A DNA stretch of 64,000 nucleotides from a virus (Duplodnaviria > Heunggongvirae > Uroviricota > Caudoviricetes), in IMG/VR virus record IMGVR_UViG_3300026484_000600; one strand, 5' to 3'. Of the stretch, positions 18,499 through 27,927 are shown piece by piece. The notes under the pieces were generated by a model. The model searched no databases. It was not told where the DNA came from and was given only the letters and a program-made list of their open reading frames with translations. Position numbers and translations under genes: made by a program. Each line of letters opens with the position of its first letter. Position 1 is the first letter of the stretch.

Positions 18499-18795
18499 TT
18501 ATATAAATTTTTCTGGAAACATCTCAATAGCTTTATCAAATGCTATCTGTGCTTCTTCAATTGTGATATTATATTTAATAGCAACTTTATCTATACTTAA
18601 ATGATTTTTCTTATTTCTAAAAATTGATATATTTCTTTCTTCGGCGGTTTTATACAGTTTATGTTCCAACGGTACTATGATATTGGTATCTTGACCTTCT
18701 ATTGAAATTGATTTCAGAAAAGAATTTCCGCTATTTTCTTCAATACCCTCAAAGAGTTCATTCTTTATAGTAATACCATAAACTAAATCAGCCAT
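18499..18795 (-). CDS. Hypothetical protein
   Basis: 98-aa ORF between hen1 and pnkp. Confidence 0.4.
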   Translation of the reverse strand: MADLVYGITIKNELFEGIEENSGNSFLKSISIEGQDTNIIVPLEHKLYKTAEERNISIFRNKKNHLSIDKVAIKYNITIEEAQIAFDKAIEMFPEKFI

Positions 18796-19673
18796 TCTGG
18801 AAATCTCCTAATAATTCTTTCCCAAACATCTTCAGGAATCTCTGATTGAAAATCATTTTTTAATGCGAATTTAATATTCTTTTCAGTCATCCATAAAAGA
18901 TCTACATCTTCTTTTTCAAAGCGCTCATATAAGAATGGACTAGCCCAAACTATAATTCGATCATCTTTTATTAAATATCCATTATTTGCAGCTTCTATAT
19001 ATTCTAAATATTCAAAAATTATATCTTCACGATCTATTCCTTTTATTTCAAGAATATTAAAAGAGTTTTTAAAATGTCCTAAAAGTTTTTCTTTTCCATC
19101 ATATTGTATCTTATCTTCAACATAGAAAATACTTTGATGGAACCCTTTACCATAGGTATCCATAACATCATAATTCATTTCGAGGGGTATATTATTGTAA
19201 AAAATATCAGTAATTACAATGTCTCCAGTACCGATATAATCTGTATCTTTTGCCTCTATTACTAATAAATCTTTATTAAAATCGTCGGTATTTTTTAAAA
19301 TTTCTGTTTCAAAAAAAATACCTTTTTCTATTGATACTGATGAAATATACCAACCATCAGATAAAAAATTATCATCATTAATATTAAGGGTTAAATCACT
19401 AATATTAATAGTATCATATTTTGAATATTCGTATTCATTAACATTAATAGAAATACTACCATCAATAGCACAACTGGAAATATGTTCTATATCATCAAAA
19501 TCATAATATTGTCTTTCCCATCCACTACTACTGAATAATGTATCAAAATGGCCAATAATTTCATTGTAATCAAAACGTCTAAGAAGTTCTTTTATATTGT
19601 TGATATGGAGCTTATTGAGCTTACCACAGCAATATTCTCCACCATATCCACCAAATGTTAATACCATTTTCAT
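18783..19673 (-). CDS. Hypothetical protein
   Basis: 296-aa ORF between hen1 and pnkp. No motif recognised. Confidence 0.45.
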   Translation of the reverse strand: MKMVLTFGGYGGEYCCGKLNKLHINNIKELLRRFDYNEIIGHFDTLFSSSGWERQYYDFDDIEHISSCAIDGSISINVNEYEYSKYDTINISDLTLNINDDNFLSDGWYISSVSIEKGIFFETEILKNTDDFNKDLLVIEAKDTDYIGTGDIVITDIFYNNIPLEMNYDVMDTYGKGFHQSIFYVEDKIQYDGKEKLLGHFKNSFNILEIKGIDREDIIFEYLEYIEAANNGYLIKDDRIIVWASPFLYERFEKEDVDLLWMTEKNIKFALKNDFQSEIPEDVWERIIRRFPEWLI

Positions 19674-20923
19674 ACCCTTTTAATTATACAACCAATACTT
19701 GTAGATATACCATTGATATTATCGCCTATTTCTATAAATTCAAAGGATAGGTTATCATTATTAAAATTAGACATAAAACTTTTAAATTCATCAAATGTAG
19801 GTTCCCAATCATGATCATCATGTCGCATTTCTCCACCTAATTCGTAAAATACGTTAAAGTCTTTATTTGGTACTGTAATGATAAACGTATCAAAATTAAT
19901 AGATGTTAGCACTAATTCTATTAATCTTTTTGATTCAACTTTTGGCATATGTTCGATAACTTCGGTTAGTATTACATCTACTAACTCATTATCGTAATCT
20001 TTTATAAAATCTTCTAGACTATTAAAGAGATTAATATTTGTAATTTCTTTTTTTGAAGCTTTTATCTTGACTGACTCTAATAGATTAGGATTAATATCAA
20101 TGGCGTTATAAAAATATTTTTCTATTTTTTTAGAAAAATCTATTGCATAAAATCCTTCTCCACACCCAATATCAATAATCGATTTATTAAATGATAATAA
20201 ACGCTCTATTCTATCTTTTCGTTGCATAGCCGTATTACCATAAGCCATATTGATATTATATCTTTTTGATTCTTCAAGTAATTGTTTATATTTTTTAAAT
20301 TGATTTTTACTTTTAATAAGATTTCTACTTACTAAATAACGTATAAAGAATGGTGCATCTAATCGATTCATAGCATTTAGGTATTTTTCAATATTTGAAT
20401 TATCTAAATGTACATAGTCGTTACTTGATAATGCAATAAAAATCATCATAAGATTAATATAATTTAATAACATGAACCAACTATTTTCAGTTGTCACCTT
20501 AATAGTATAGTTTTTCCCTACTTGTTCAGTAATTTCAATTTCAAAATCAGGGAAATATTTCTTAAAATCCATTAACTGTTTTATTCTTTTAATTTCGAGT
20601 AAATTAATATAAAAATATTTCGGGTTTTTTATATCTAATTCTGATTCTTCTCTAACAGTACTTGAAAAAAATTCACTTATTGCATTGATAATAAACATGG
20701 GCGAGTTGTATTTAGAAATATTTAGATAATCAAATTCTTGTGATCCAAAGGATACATCATTATCAGCATCCTTAAAATAGATATTAAAGTCGGTACCATT
20801 ATGAGAGTACCAGGTAAATGCAGTACCTTTACGTATACTTCTTATTTGCATAGATGAATTTGGATTTTTTTTAATAATGTATCCAAAATTTGGATCATCA
20901 GAATGTAGCTGTAAAATAGCCAT
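19670..20923 (-). CDS. hen1: Hen1-like RNA 3'-terminal 2'-O-methyltransferase (C-terminal Rossmann MTase)
   Basis: SAM-binding motif I IIDIGCGEGFYAIDF in the C-terminal half of a 417-aa protein. Bacterial Hen1 has the same architecture and partners with Pnkp, which lies 1.8 kb downstream in the same orientation. Confidence 0.55.
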   Translation of the reverse strand: MAILQLHSDDPNFGYIIKKNPNSSMQIRSIRKGTAFTWYSHNGTDFNIYFKDADNDVSFGSQEFDYLNISKYNSPMFIINAISEFFSSTVREESELDIKNPKYFYINLLEIKRIKQLMDFKKYFPDFEIEITEQVGKNYTIKVTTENSWFMLLNYINLMMIFIALSSNDYVHLDNSNIEKYLNAMNRLDAPFFIRYLVSRNLIKSKNQFKKYKQLLEESKRYNINMAYGNTAMQRKDRIERLLSFNKSIIDIGCGEGFYAIDFSKKIEKYFYNAIDINPNLLESVKIKASKKEITNINLFNSLEDFIKDYDNELVDVILTEVIEHMPKVESKRLIELVLTSINFDTFIITVPNKDFNVFYELGGEMRHDDHDWEPTFDEFKSFMSNFNNDNLSFEFIEIGDNINGISTSIGCIIKRV

Positions 20924-20977
20924 ATAATATTCCTTGTATAATTTTATACATAATTATAAAAGAAATAAACTTAAAAA

Positions 20978-21397
20978 TTAATTAACAAACCATTTATAAC
21001 CAGATTCTAATTCTTTTAATATTTTATCTGGATTATTTTCAATTATATTTGTAAATTTTTCATTAATTTTATTATTTAAAACATAATCATTTAATGGTTT
21101 AAAGACTTGCATCAAGCTGAAAATAATAAAATTTTCAGCTTCTTCTTTTGTCCAGAAACGTTTTAATTCAGTACTATAAACCGCATTATCAAAAGTTACG
21201 TTATTTGTATTATCGGAATATAAAGCAAAATTGATTTTTGGTTCTATAATTTCAAAATTGAAATTAGAATTTTTTAAATTGAATCTAACATCACATTCCC
21301 AAAATTCTAATTTCTGTTTGTATGGCTGTTTTTTAGCAATTTTACTAATTGTGGCTAACGATATTTGTGAATAAAACTGATTTTGTATTAAAGCCAT
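20978..21397 (-). CDS. Hypothetical protein
   Basis: 139-aa ORF. Confidence 0.4.
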   Translation of the reverse strand: MALIQNQFYSQISLATISKIAKKQPYKQKLEFWECDVRFNLKNSNFNFEIIEPKINFALYSDNTNNVTFDNAVYSTELKRFWTKEEAENFIIFSLMQVFKPLNDYVLNNKINEKFTNIIENNPDKILKELESGYKWFVN

Positions 21398-21405
21398 GTT
21401 AGGTT

Positions 21406-21672
21406 TTACTTATTCAATTTATTTTTAATCAATTGTTCTAAAGAATACCAAAATTCATTAAATTGACACAAATATTTGATATTTTTTTCACACATTACTT
21501 GACTAATTACAATAAATATCATATAAGCAGTATATAATACTATAGCAGTTACCATTTGGTTAGACAATACTAAATTAAACATTAAACTTAGAATACATCC
21601 TAAAACGGCTGCACCAATATAACCCAAAAAACTATTATTCGTAGAATTTAATAAATCTGATTTATAACTCAT
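21406..21672 (-). CDS. Small hydrophobic membrane protein
   Basis: 88 aa, two hydrophobic helices. Confidence 0.4.
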   Translation of the reverse strand: MSYKSDLLNSTNNSFLGYIGAAVLGCILSLMFNLVLSNQMVTAIVLYTAYMIFIVISQVMCEKNIKYLCQFNEFWYSLEQLIKNKLNK

Positions 21673-21699
21673 TTTGATCCTTTTTATATATTATACAAA

Positions 21700-22485
21700 T
21701 TATCTTAAATATGTTCCATCTTGTGGACAATATTGAAATGAACTTTTATATTTTCGTCCACAAGATGGGCATTGCTTTTTTGTTTTAACGGTTATAGGCT
21801 CGGAGATCTTTTCATTATTATTTATGCCAACTAGTTTAAGAATTATTGAATATGATTCTTTTTCCAAATAACCAATATTACCTTCTTGGAACTTTTGATT
21901 AGTAGCACTTCCCTCTACTGTAATTCCCAAATCAATATTGCCTAAAGAATTTGTAGTGATAGTATTAGATAATTTAGTACTACAAAATACTTCATTTGAT
22001 GAAACACTTGTTGTACCGTATGTAGGTATAGGTGGTGTTTCAATAAATCCCGGTCCAAAATTTTGGTTAGTATGATTTGTATAAATTGTATCATCAGAAT
22101 ACCAAAAATCTCTAAGTTTATTAGTGATAGATTCTTCTTCAAATTGATATGTAATTTTAACAAGACCATCTTCTGGTTTATCACCTCTAAATTCACTAAT
22201 CTCTTGAGTTTTTTCTATAAATTTAAAAGCTCTATTATCTTTACTACCATTTATATCTCTGACAAAACCTTTTAGTTCCATATTTTTACCTGGAGACAAT
22301 AATAGTTTACTACCATTTAAGACATCTTCACCATCAATAGAAATAGATATTTCAACCTTTTTATCATTTTCATTTTTAAGAAAAATTTGGTACTCTGTAC
22401 CAAATGGAAGATATACATTATCCCCTTGTTCTCTTAAAATTTTACCGTCAGCTTTTATACAAGCTATTAATTTTTTGTTATACAT
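21700..22485 (-). CDS. Hypothetical protein with a C-terminal zinc ribbon
   Basis: C-terminal CPSCGRKYKSSFQYCPQDG (CxxC...CxxD). Confidence 0.45.
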   Translation of the reverse strand: MYNKKLIACIKADGKILREQGDNVYLPFGTEYQIFLKNENDKKVEISISIDGEDVLNGSKLLLSPGKNMELKGFVRDINGSKDNRAFKFIEKTQEISEFRGDKPEDGLVKITYQFEEESITNKLRDFWYSDDTIYTNHTNQNFGPGFIETPPIPTYGTTSVSSNEVFCSTKLSNTITTNSLGNIDLGITVEGSATNQKFQEGNIGYLEKESYSIILKLVGINNNEKISEPITVKTKKQCPSCGRKYKSSFQYCPQDGTYLR

Positions 22486-22698
22486 GATTTTTTCCTTTGT
22501 GATAGACTAACACAATTATTTTTTAAAGTCTATAAAAATATTTTTGAGGATTAACCTCCGTATATTAATGGATATACTTTGATATTAACATACGGAGATC
22601 AATATAATATATTGTTGATTTAATGAAGTGATGACTGAACACTTAAAATTTTTAAAGTCATTTTTTTATTTAATATGATTTTATTTTACAATAAAAAA

Positions 22699-22965
22699 TT
22701 ATTTTTTTAATGGTTTCATATGAAAGCTAGATTGAACATCCTCTGGCTCTTCAAATAAAACTTTTTTACCTTTTTTCTCAAGTATTTTTCTTGCTAAATC
22801 ATTTGATACCATAGCATAATCTGTAATTGCAATATTATCAAAATTATTAGTTACCTCTTCTTCAGTTACTTCAACAACTGGTACTTCTACTTCTTCTTGA
22901 ACTTCTTCAGTTACTTCAACAACTGGTACTTCTACTTCTTCTTGAACTTTTTTCTTTCTTGCCAT
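22699..22965 (-). CDS. Hypothetical acidic protein containing an in-frame 45-nt tandem repeat
   Basis: 88 aa. The 15-aa unit VQEEVEVPVVEVTEE is duplicated. Confidence 0.4.
   Translation of the reverse strand: MARKKKVQEEVEVPVVEVTEEVQEEVEVPVVEVTEEEVTNNFDNIAITDYAMVSNDLARKILEKKGKKVLFEEPEDVQSSFHMKPLKK
22863..22952. repeat. 45-nt direct tandem repeat, 2 near-identical copies
   Basis: cagttacttcaacaactggtacttctacttcttcttgaactt repeated head-to-tail. Confidence 0.7.
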
Positions 22966-23005
22966 TTTATTGCTCCTAAGATTATTTTATAATTATTTAT
23001 ACCTA

Positions 23006-23455
23006 TTAGAATTTTTTTAATGTTCTTTCCATATCTCGCTTGATATCACGCTCTTTAATAGTTTGTTTTTTATTATATGTTTTTTTGCCCTTAGCTAATG
23101 CCAACTGTACTTTTATTTTTTTTGTACCTTCTCGTTGATAAATTGATAAAATAATTAAAGTCAGTCCCTGTTCTTTTAATTTGCTTTTGAGTTTTAAAAT
23201 CTCTTTCTTATGCATTAATAATTTTCTATCTTGCACTTCATCAAATATTGCATAGGATGGTATGTATGTTGGATTTGAAATATGAGCTTGAGTTAAAAAT
23301 AACTCATTATTTTTCATTTTGACGTAGCTTTCTTTAAGAGAAATCGTACTATCTCTTACAGCTTTTACTTCACCACCCGACAGTACAATCCCTGCTTCAA
23401 ATGTTTCTATGATTTCATAATTAAATCTAGCTTTTTTATTTTGAGCATAAGTCAT
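23006..23455 (-). CDS. smpB: SsrA-binding protein SmpB
   Basis: NKKARFNYEIIETFEAGIVLSGGEVKAVR matches E. coli SmpB [29 protein letters not shown]. The C-terminal LALAKGKKTYNKKQTIKERD matches VAKGKKQHDKRSDIKERE. 149 aa. Confidence 0.85.
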   Translation of the reverse strand: MTYAQNKKARFNYEIIETFEAGIVLSGGEVKAVRDSTISLKESYVKMKNNELFLTQAHISNPTYIPSYAIFDEVQDRKLLMHKKEILKLKSKLKEQGLTLIILSIYQREGTKKIKVQLALAKGKKTYNKKQTIKERDIKRDMERTLKKF

Positions 23456-23655
23456 TTTTCTACCTTTTTCACTTTTGTTATGATAGTACTAGTACTTCCA
23501 GCAGCCCACTTACAACTTTCAACATATACTTCAGTATCTTCTAAAATAAGTGTGCCATGAGTTTTGTATTCTAATAATAAATCATCAGGAGTTATATTAA
23601 TATATTTATTTACCTTTAATACATGACAATTAAATCTTATAATTTCAGTAATCAT
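23452..23655 (-). CDS. Hypothetical protein
   Basis: 67-aa ORF. Confidence 0.35.
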   Translation of the reverse strand: MITEIIRFNCHVLKVNKYINITPDDLLLEYKTHGTLILEDTEVYVESCKWAAGSTSTIITKVKKVEK

Positions 23656-23945
23656 TAATCTAATTCCACCGAGAAATAATTTAATAGATATACCATATAT
23701 TCAGCTTCAAATTCATATTTATCATCGGAATGAATTAATTGATATAGCTTCTTAAATGGCAATTCATTTTTATTTGTCTTTATTTTATGTAAATCCTTAA
23801 ATTTATCTCTGTGCGTTAATTGAAATAAACTAAAAATTTTATTTGTCAAGAATGCTTGTTCTTCATATGATAAAATTCTATTTTTATAGATTATTTGTGG
23901 AAAATCATCTATGGATTTATCATAGCCATTTGTCCATAACTTCAT
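23655..23945 (-). CDS. Hypothetical protein
   Basis: 96-aa ORF. Confidence 0.4.
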   Translation of the reverse strand: MKLWTNGYDKSIDDFPQIIYKNRILSYEEQAFLTNKIFSLFQLTHRDKFKDLHKIKTNKNELPFKKLYQLIHSDDKYEFEAEYMVYLLNYFSVELD

Positions 23946-24490
23946 AATTCACCTTTTATAATGTCTTTATATTTTTTAATTAACTTACTATCTAATTTCA
24001 CTCGTATTTTAGTTTCGCCACCTAGACACTTACCTGCACCAGTCGATAAATTTAATAAGCCATTTCTATTTTCAAAAGCAGCTTCAACAGCACCCAATTG
24101 ATAATCTCTTAATATTACAGGATTACCATCAAATTCATAGTCTGAGAATATATCGTCTTTTATACCATCTTCAAAAAAATCATTTAATGGTAAAAAATGT
24201 TCCATTACTTCACTACTCATAGTAACTTTCTTTTTTTGTACTTCTGTTAAATATTCTACAACTTCTGAGAATAAACCCATTGGGAATGATCCATCGGCCT
24301 GTACTAATTTAACTTGAACTCCTTTGATTCCCATAAGCCTAAACCTAGGCTGAAATTTATAACCCGGTGGTAAGAATGCAAATTTTTGTTGGACATGATA
24401 TAACATACTAGACGAAATTTTATTTAATACAAATGTTGCTGAATCTCTTTTTGTGATATGGATTGGAATATTTTTCTTTTTTTTAGCCAT
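23942..24490 (-). CDS. uvsW: UvsW-like SF2 helicase N-terminal fragment (N-extein ending in Walker A GAGK) fused to a 28-aa split-intein N-fragment
   Basis: GYKFQPRFR matches T4 UvsW GYRFNPRFR. LRDYQ...GLLNLSTGAGK matches UvsW HWYQ...ILNLPTSAGKS. The ORF then continues CLGGETKIRVKL... (intein block A, Cys1) for 28 aa and stops. Confidence 0.75.
   Translation of the reverse strand: MAKKKKNIPIHITKRDSATFVLNKISSSMLYHVQQKFAFLPPGYKFQPRFRLMGIKGVQVKLVQADGSFPMGLFSEVVEYLTEVQKKKVTMSSEVMEHFLPLNDFFEDGIKDDIFSDYEFDGNPVILRDYQLGAVEAAFENRNGLLNLSTGAGKCLGGETKIRVKLDSKLIKKYKDIIKGEL
23945..24028 (-). mobile_element. Short IntN (block A only) of an atypically split intein inserted in the helicase P-loop
   Basis: CLGGETKIRVKLDSKLIKKYKDIIKGEL immediately after GAGK. 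The partner IntC is at 41995-42414. Confidence 0.65.
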
Positions 24491-25091
24491 TTTTCTCTCT
24501 CCATTTCTTAATATCTATAAAACATTTATTTAAAATCGCTCTACGTTTTAAATTTATATCTAAATTTTTATTAGCTATTCTAATTGCATTTTCAATGCAT
24601 TCCTGAATACTCGAACTATCTTTACACCAATCTACAAAATAGTTAGATGACAATTTGATACTCTGTTCCCACGAAACTTTATTAAATTTATTATCGTATG
24701 ATGTATATTTTTTATGTATTTGTTCCTCAGAAGATATTATATAATCCTTTAATAATTTTTTTTCTTCTGAAGAAAGAAATTTATACTCTATTATAAAATC
24801 TTTATTAATTAATATATCGGGCAAAATACTATTTAATAATCTTAATTTTTTATTTTTTAATACTGATTTTATAAATTTATTATTTAAAATTCCAACTAAT
24901 TTTATATTACTATTTTTATTATTAAACCATTCCCCAAATAATATATCTGATTGTTTATTTAATAAAAAGATTATTGTACCTTTGTTTAAAATTTTTTGCT
25001 TTGGAATATTAATAATAATAATAGACTGATAAAAATCCATTTTATATATGATTTTATCTTTGACTGTTGAAATTAATGTTTTGAGTTTCAT
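24483..25091 (-). CDS. Hypothetical protein
   Basis: 202-aa ORF. Confidence 0.4.
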   Translation of the reverse strand: MKLKTLISTVKDKIIYKMDFYQSIIIINIPKQKILNKGTIIFLLNKQSDILFGEWFNNKNSNIKLVGILNNKFIKSVLKNKKLRLLNSILPDILINKDFIIEYKFLSSEEKKLLKDYIISSEEQIHKKYTSYDNKFNKVSWEQSIKLSSNYFVDWCKDSSSIQECIENAIRIANKNLDINLKRRAILNKCFIDIKKWREKNG

Positions 25092-26113
25092 TCTTTATTT
25101 CGACCTTTTCTGATTTTATTTAAGAAAGCAGTATTTTTAGAACTTGATTTATTTTTTTTGGGTGTACCTCTTGCTGCAGAAAATATTTCTTCTTTAGTTA
25201 TTTCTCTCGGATTTTTATCTGCTGGAATGCCTAAACATAATTCTTTAAAATCACACCATGCACAAAGTTGCGATAATGTTTTATTAAAAGTTGTGTCTTT
25301 CTCAATACTATTTATTTTATTTAAAAACTTTTTTTTGAGTATAGGAATATCTTTAGATTCAAAGGTATATTTAGCCATATGATTATGCTCCACATAAACA
25401 AATGCAGTTTCTATGTAGTCAGCGCCATAAACTTCATGAGCCCAAATAGCATATAATTCTAATTGATCTTTTGATTTAGGCCATTTTTTGAGAGCCTCTT
25501 TAGATTTACCACCAGTTTTCCAATCGAAAATATAACATGCACCAGCTTCTGAATCCCAAATTATCAAGTCTATAAAGCCCCGTATTAAAGAATCTTCTAA
25601 ACATTTTACTGGTTCAAGATTTGGTCCAAGAAACATTTCTTGTTCTGGTACTTTTTCACCTTTTAAACTTTTAATCCAATGGTAAATCTCTGAATTTTCT
25701 GAAAATTCTAATGCTTGGGTAATAATTTTTCCACAATCATCACGAGTTAATGCTTCAAAATTATCAGGAATATCAAAATCATCAAGTTTATCCACCATAT
25801 CAAATTCTAATACGGCGTGAAATAAAGTTCCTTTTTCTAAAATAGGACTGGGTGTAGATTCTCTAGGAGGACGAATAATATAATTAAATTCAAATTTTTT
25901 AGGACAACTAACCCATGTTTCCATTTTTGAATGACTGAATGGGGCATGGTTAAAACCTGGGATTTTTCTTTTTTTAAAATGTTTATAGGTTGTTCCGGAA
26001 TCCATTACCCCAACACCATCAATTATATAACCGTCATTTGTTTTTTCAATATTTATTATATCGCCTACTTTACTTCCTGTTGGTGGAAAATCCAATATAC
26101 ATTCATATTTCAT
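25088..26113 (-). CDS. Cas4/RecB-like PD-(D/E)XK exonuclease with a four-Cys cluster
   Basis: Nuclease motifs GFIDLII / IFDWKTG / QLELYA (QxxxY). One N-terminal Cys (WVSCPKKF) plus C-terminal CAWCDFKELC (CxxCx5C), as in Cas4. Confidence 0.6.
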   Translation of the reverse strand: MKYECILDFPPTGSKVGDIINIEKTNDGYIIDGVGVMDSGTTYKHFKKRKIPGFNHAPFSHSKMETWVSCPKKFEFNYIIRPPRESTPSPILEKGTLFHAVLEFDMVDKLDDFDIPDNFEALTRDDCGKIITQALEFSENSEIYHWIKSLKGEKVPEQEMFLGPNLEPVKCLEDSLIRGFIDLIIWDSEAGACYIFDWKTGGKSKEALKKWPKSKDQLELYAIWAHEVYGADYIETAFVYVEHNHMAKYTFESKDIPILKKKFLNKINSIEKDTTFNKTLSQLCAWCDFKELCLGIPADKNPREITKEEIFSAARGTPKKNKSSSKNTAFLNKIRKGRNKE

Positions 26114-26161
26114 TTTAAGCCTTCATTTGATTATAATAATATTTTACATTTTATTTAAAAA

Positions 26162-26716
26162 TTATCGAACACGCTTATAATCGATTTCAGTTTGTAATAG
26201 TGGTAATGTTTTATGCTTGTCATAATACTGTTGTAATAAATCCGTTTCAGCTTCAAGACAGAATTCTGGTGATACAACATGAAATTTATGTGTTACATTT
26301 TTTAATTCATCCACTCCAAACTTTTCTAGAAATGATAAAGCGTTACCGTATGGATTTTTAACGGTTCCATTGCTTAATGCTGTACTTCTAAAATCTCCTC
26401 TTCTTGCCCACATACCATTTCTAACTTTATGGTCTTTGGTACTTAATGAACCATCACATCTAGTTTCTCCAATATATATAAGTTTTTTCTTATGGTATAT
26501 TTTATATACGCCTGAACGTTTAAATTCAGAAATATCATCCAAAGAATTAGCATGATCCATAATATTAATATGATCACTCCATTTATCCCATGTTGGGTAT
26601 TCTTCTATTTTAAGTGAAGTATCCATATCATTTTCTAAAAAAGTAAGTATCTTTTCCATTTCTTCTTTAGAGCAGTTCAATAGATTTAAATTATTTCTAT
26701 GTTTTTTAATTGTCAT
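26162..26716 (-). CDS. GIY-YIG nuclease family protein
   Basis: GVYKIYHKKKLIYIGET (the GIY...YIG motif), with downstream conserved Arg and Glu (EAETDLL). Confidence 0.55.
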   Translation of the reverse strand: MTIKKHRNNLNLLNCSKEEMEKILTFLENDMDTSLKIEEYPTWDKWSDHINIMDHANSLDDISEFKRSGVYKIYHKKKLIYIGETRCDGSLSTKDHKVRNGMWARRGDFRSTALSNGTVKNPYGNALSFLEKFGVDELKNVTHKFHVVSPEFCLEAETDLLQQYYDKHKTLPLLQTEIDYKRVR

Positions 26717-26822
26717 ATTATGCCTTTAAAATATAGTTCTTTTAGATTACTTTACAAAAAAATAAACTTTTTTAGCATTAAAACATATTTTTTTAATAAA
26801 TAAAAGAAAAATAGGATTAAAA

Positions 26823-27065
26823 ATGTTATTAAAAGATATATTGATATTAGATGAGTCTAAAATAAACGACATTGAACATTATTTCACTAATAATGGTTTG
26901 AAAGTTAAATATTTTAAAAAGCGAGACGGTTATGAAATTGATGTGTCATTACCATCAAATAAAGTTAAAAATATAGTTGATGATATGAATTCCATTCCAT
27001 CATTAATAAAAAAATATAATATTTCGTATATGGGCAGTAATAGTATAATAATACAGGAAATATAA
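26823..27065 (+). CDS. Hypothetical protein
   Basis: 80-aa ORF. Its stop overlaps the next start (ATAATG). Confidence 0.4.
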   Translation: MLLKDILILDESKINDIEHYFTNNGLKVKYFKKRDGYEIDVSLPSNKVKNIVDDMNSIPSLIKKYNISYMGSNSIIIQEI

Positions 27066-27619
27066 TGGAAATTATCAATAATTTAGGTACGTTTCCTAGT
27101 AAAAATATACAAGACTTTTATTTGAAAAAATCAAAAGAGGAATTTTTAGTTCAAGTAGATAATGCTTTTAAAGATTATAATATTAGTATTGAAGAAATAG
27201 AACTTAGAACAGGTTGGAATGATACATTAGATATAATTTATGAATTTTCAGCATTTTCAGATAATAATACATTAGAAATATATTTTAAGTTTGGTATATC
27301 AGTTACTAGGATGGGGTCAGCCTTTAGATTGCCTGGAGAAAGATATTTAAAAGGGTCATTGATGTTTGGATCTAAATTAGGTTCAAGATCAAATAATCAA
27401 ATTATGAATGCTATTTATAATAAACTAGATACAGAATCTCTTTATTTATTTGAAGGTATAGAAGATAGACCTGAAGAAGAACAAGTAAACAAAATGATTG
27501 CTGAATCAAAAATACAGATAGATAAATTTACAAGTCTGGTATATGAAAATTTAAATATTCTTATTTCTGATGATATTGCAGAGTTAATACCAGAAATTAA
27601 AGAAATATTTATATTTTAG
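27065..27619 (+). CDS. Hypothetical protein
   Basis: 184-aa ORF. Confidence 0.45.
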   Translation: MEIINNLGTFPSKNIQDFYLKKSKEEFLVQVDNAFKDYNISIEEIELRTGWNDTLDIIYEFSAFSDNNTLEIYFKFGISVTRMGSAFRLPGERYLKGSLMFGSKLGSRSNNQIMNAIYNKLDTESLYLFEGIEDRPEEEQVNKMIAESKIQIDKFTSLVYENLNILISDDIAELIPEIKEIFIF

Positions 27620-27647
27620 GAGTACAAAATGAAATTACAATAATTAA

Positions 27648-27809
27648 ATGAGTGTGGTGGGCGGGTGGGCTCAAGACATATCCAAATCTATGAAAAAGAA
27701 AGGTACCGTTGGAGCTTTCACTCAACAATGTAAGGATATGGGTTTTAGAAAAGCATCTTATAATTGTATTAAAGCAGCTATTGAAAAAGCTGATAAAATT
27801 ATAAAATGA
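27648..27809 (+). CDS. Small hypothetical protein (53 aa) with an unusually GC-rich 5' codon run
   Basis: Unlisted ORF MSVVGGWAQDISKSMKKKGT.... The DNA segment gtgtggtgggcgggtgggctc stands out in this AT-rich window. Confidence 0.3.
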   Translation: MSVVGGWAQDISKSMKKKGTVGAFTQQCKDMGFRKASYNCIKAAIEKADKIIK

Positions 27810-27927
27810 TCCTAAAGCTTTAAAGAAAAATTATGATGAAGCCGTTTTGTTAAAAAAAAGAGCAACATTAGCTAAATCATTTAAGAAAATGAGTAAAAAA
27901 AAGAAAATTAAATAAGGAGAAGAAGAA

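Noticed and set aside
22540-22690. Imperfect inverted repeats (ctccgtatattaat...attaacatacggag, and tgact...agtca followed by a T-run) in the 22486-22698 spacer
   Set aside because: A T-run follows the hairpin only on the + strand, where there is no upstream gene. The structure is probably a regulatory or attenuator-like element for the minus-strand operon, but I could not assign a function from sequence alone.
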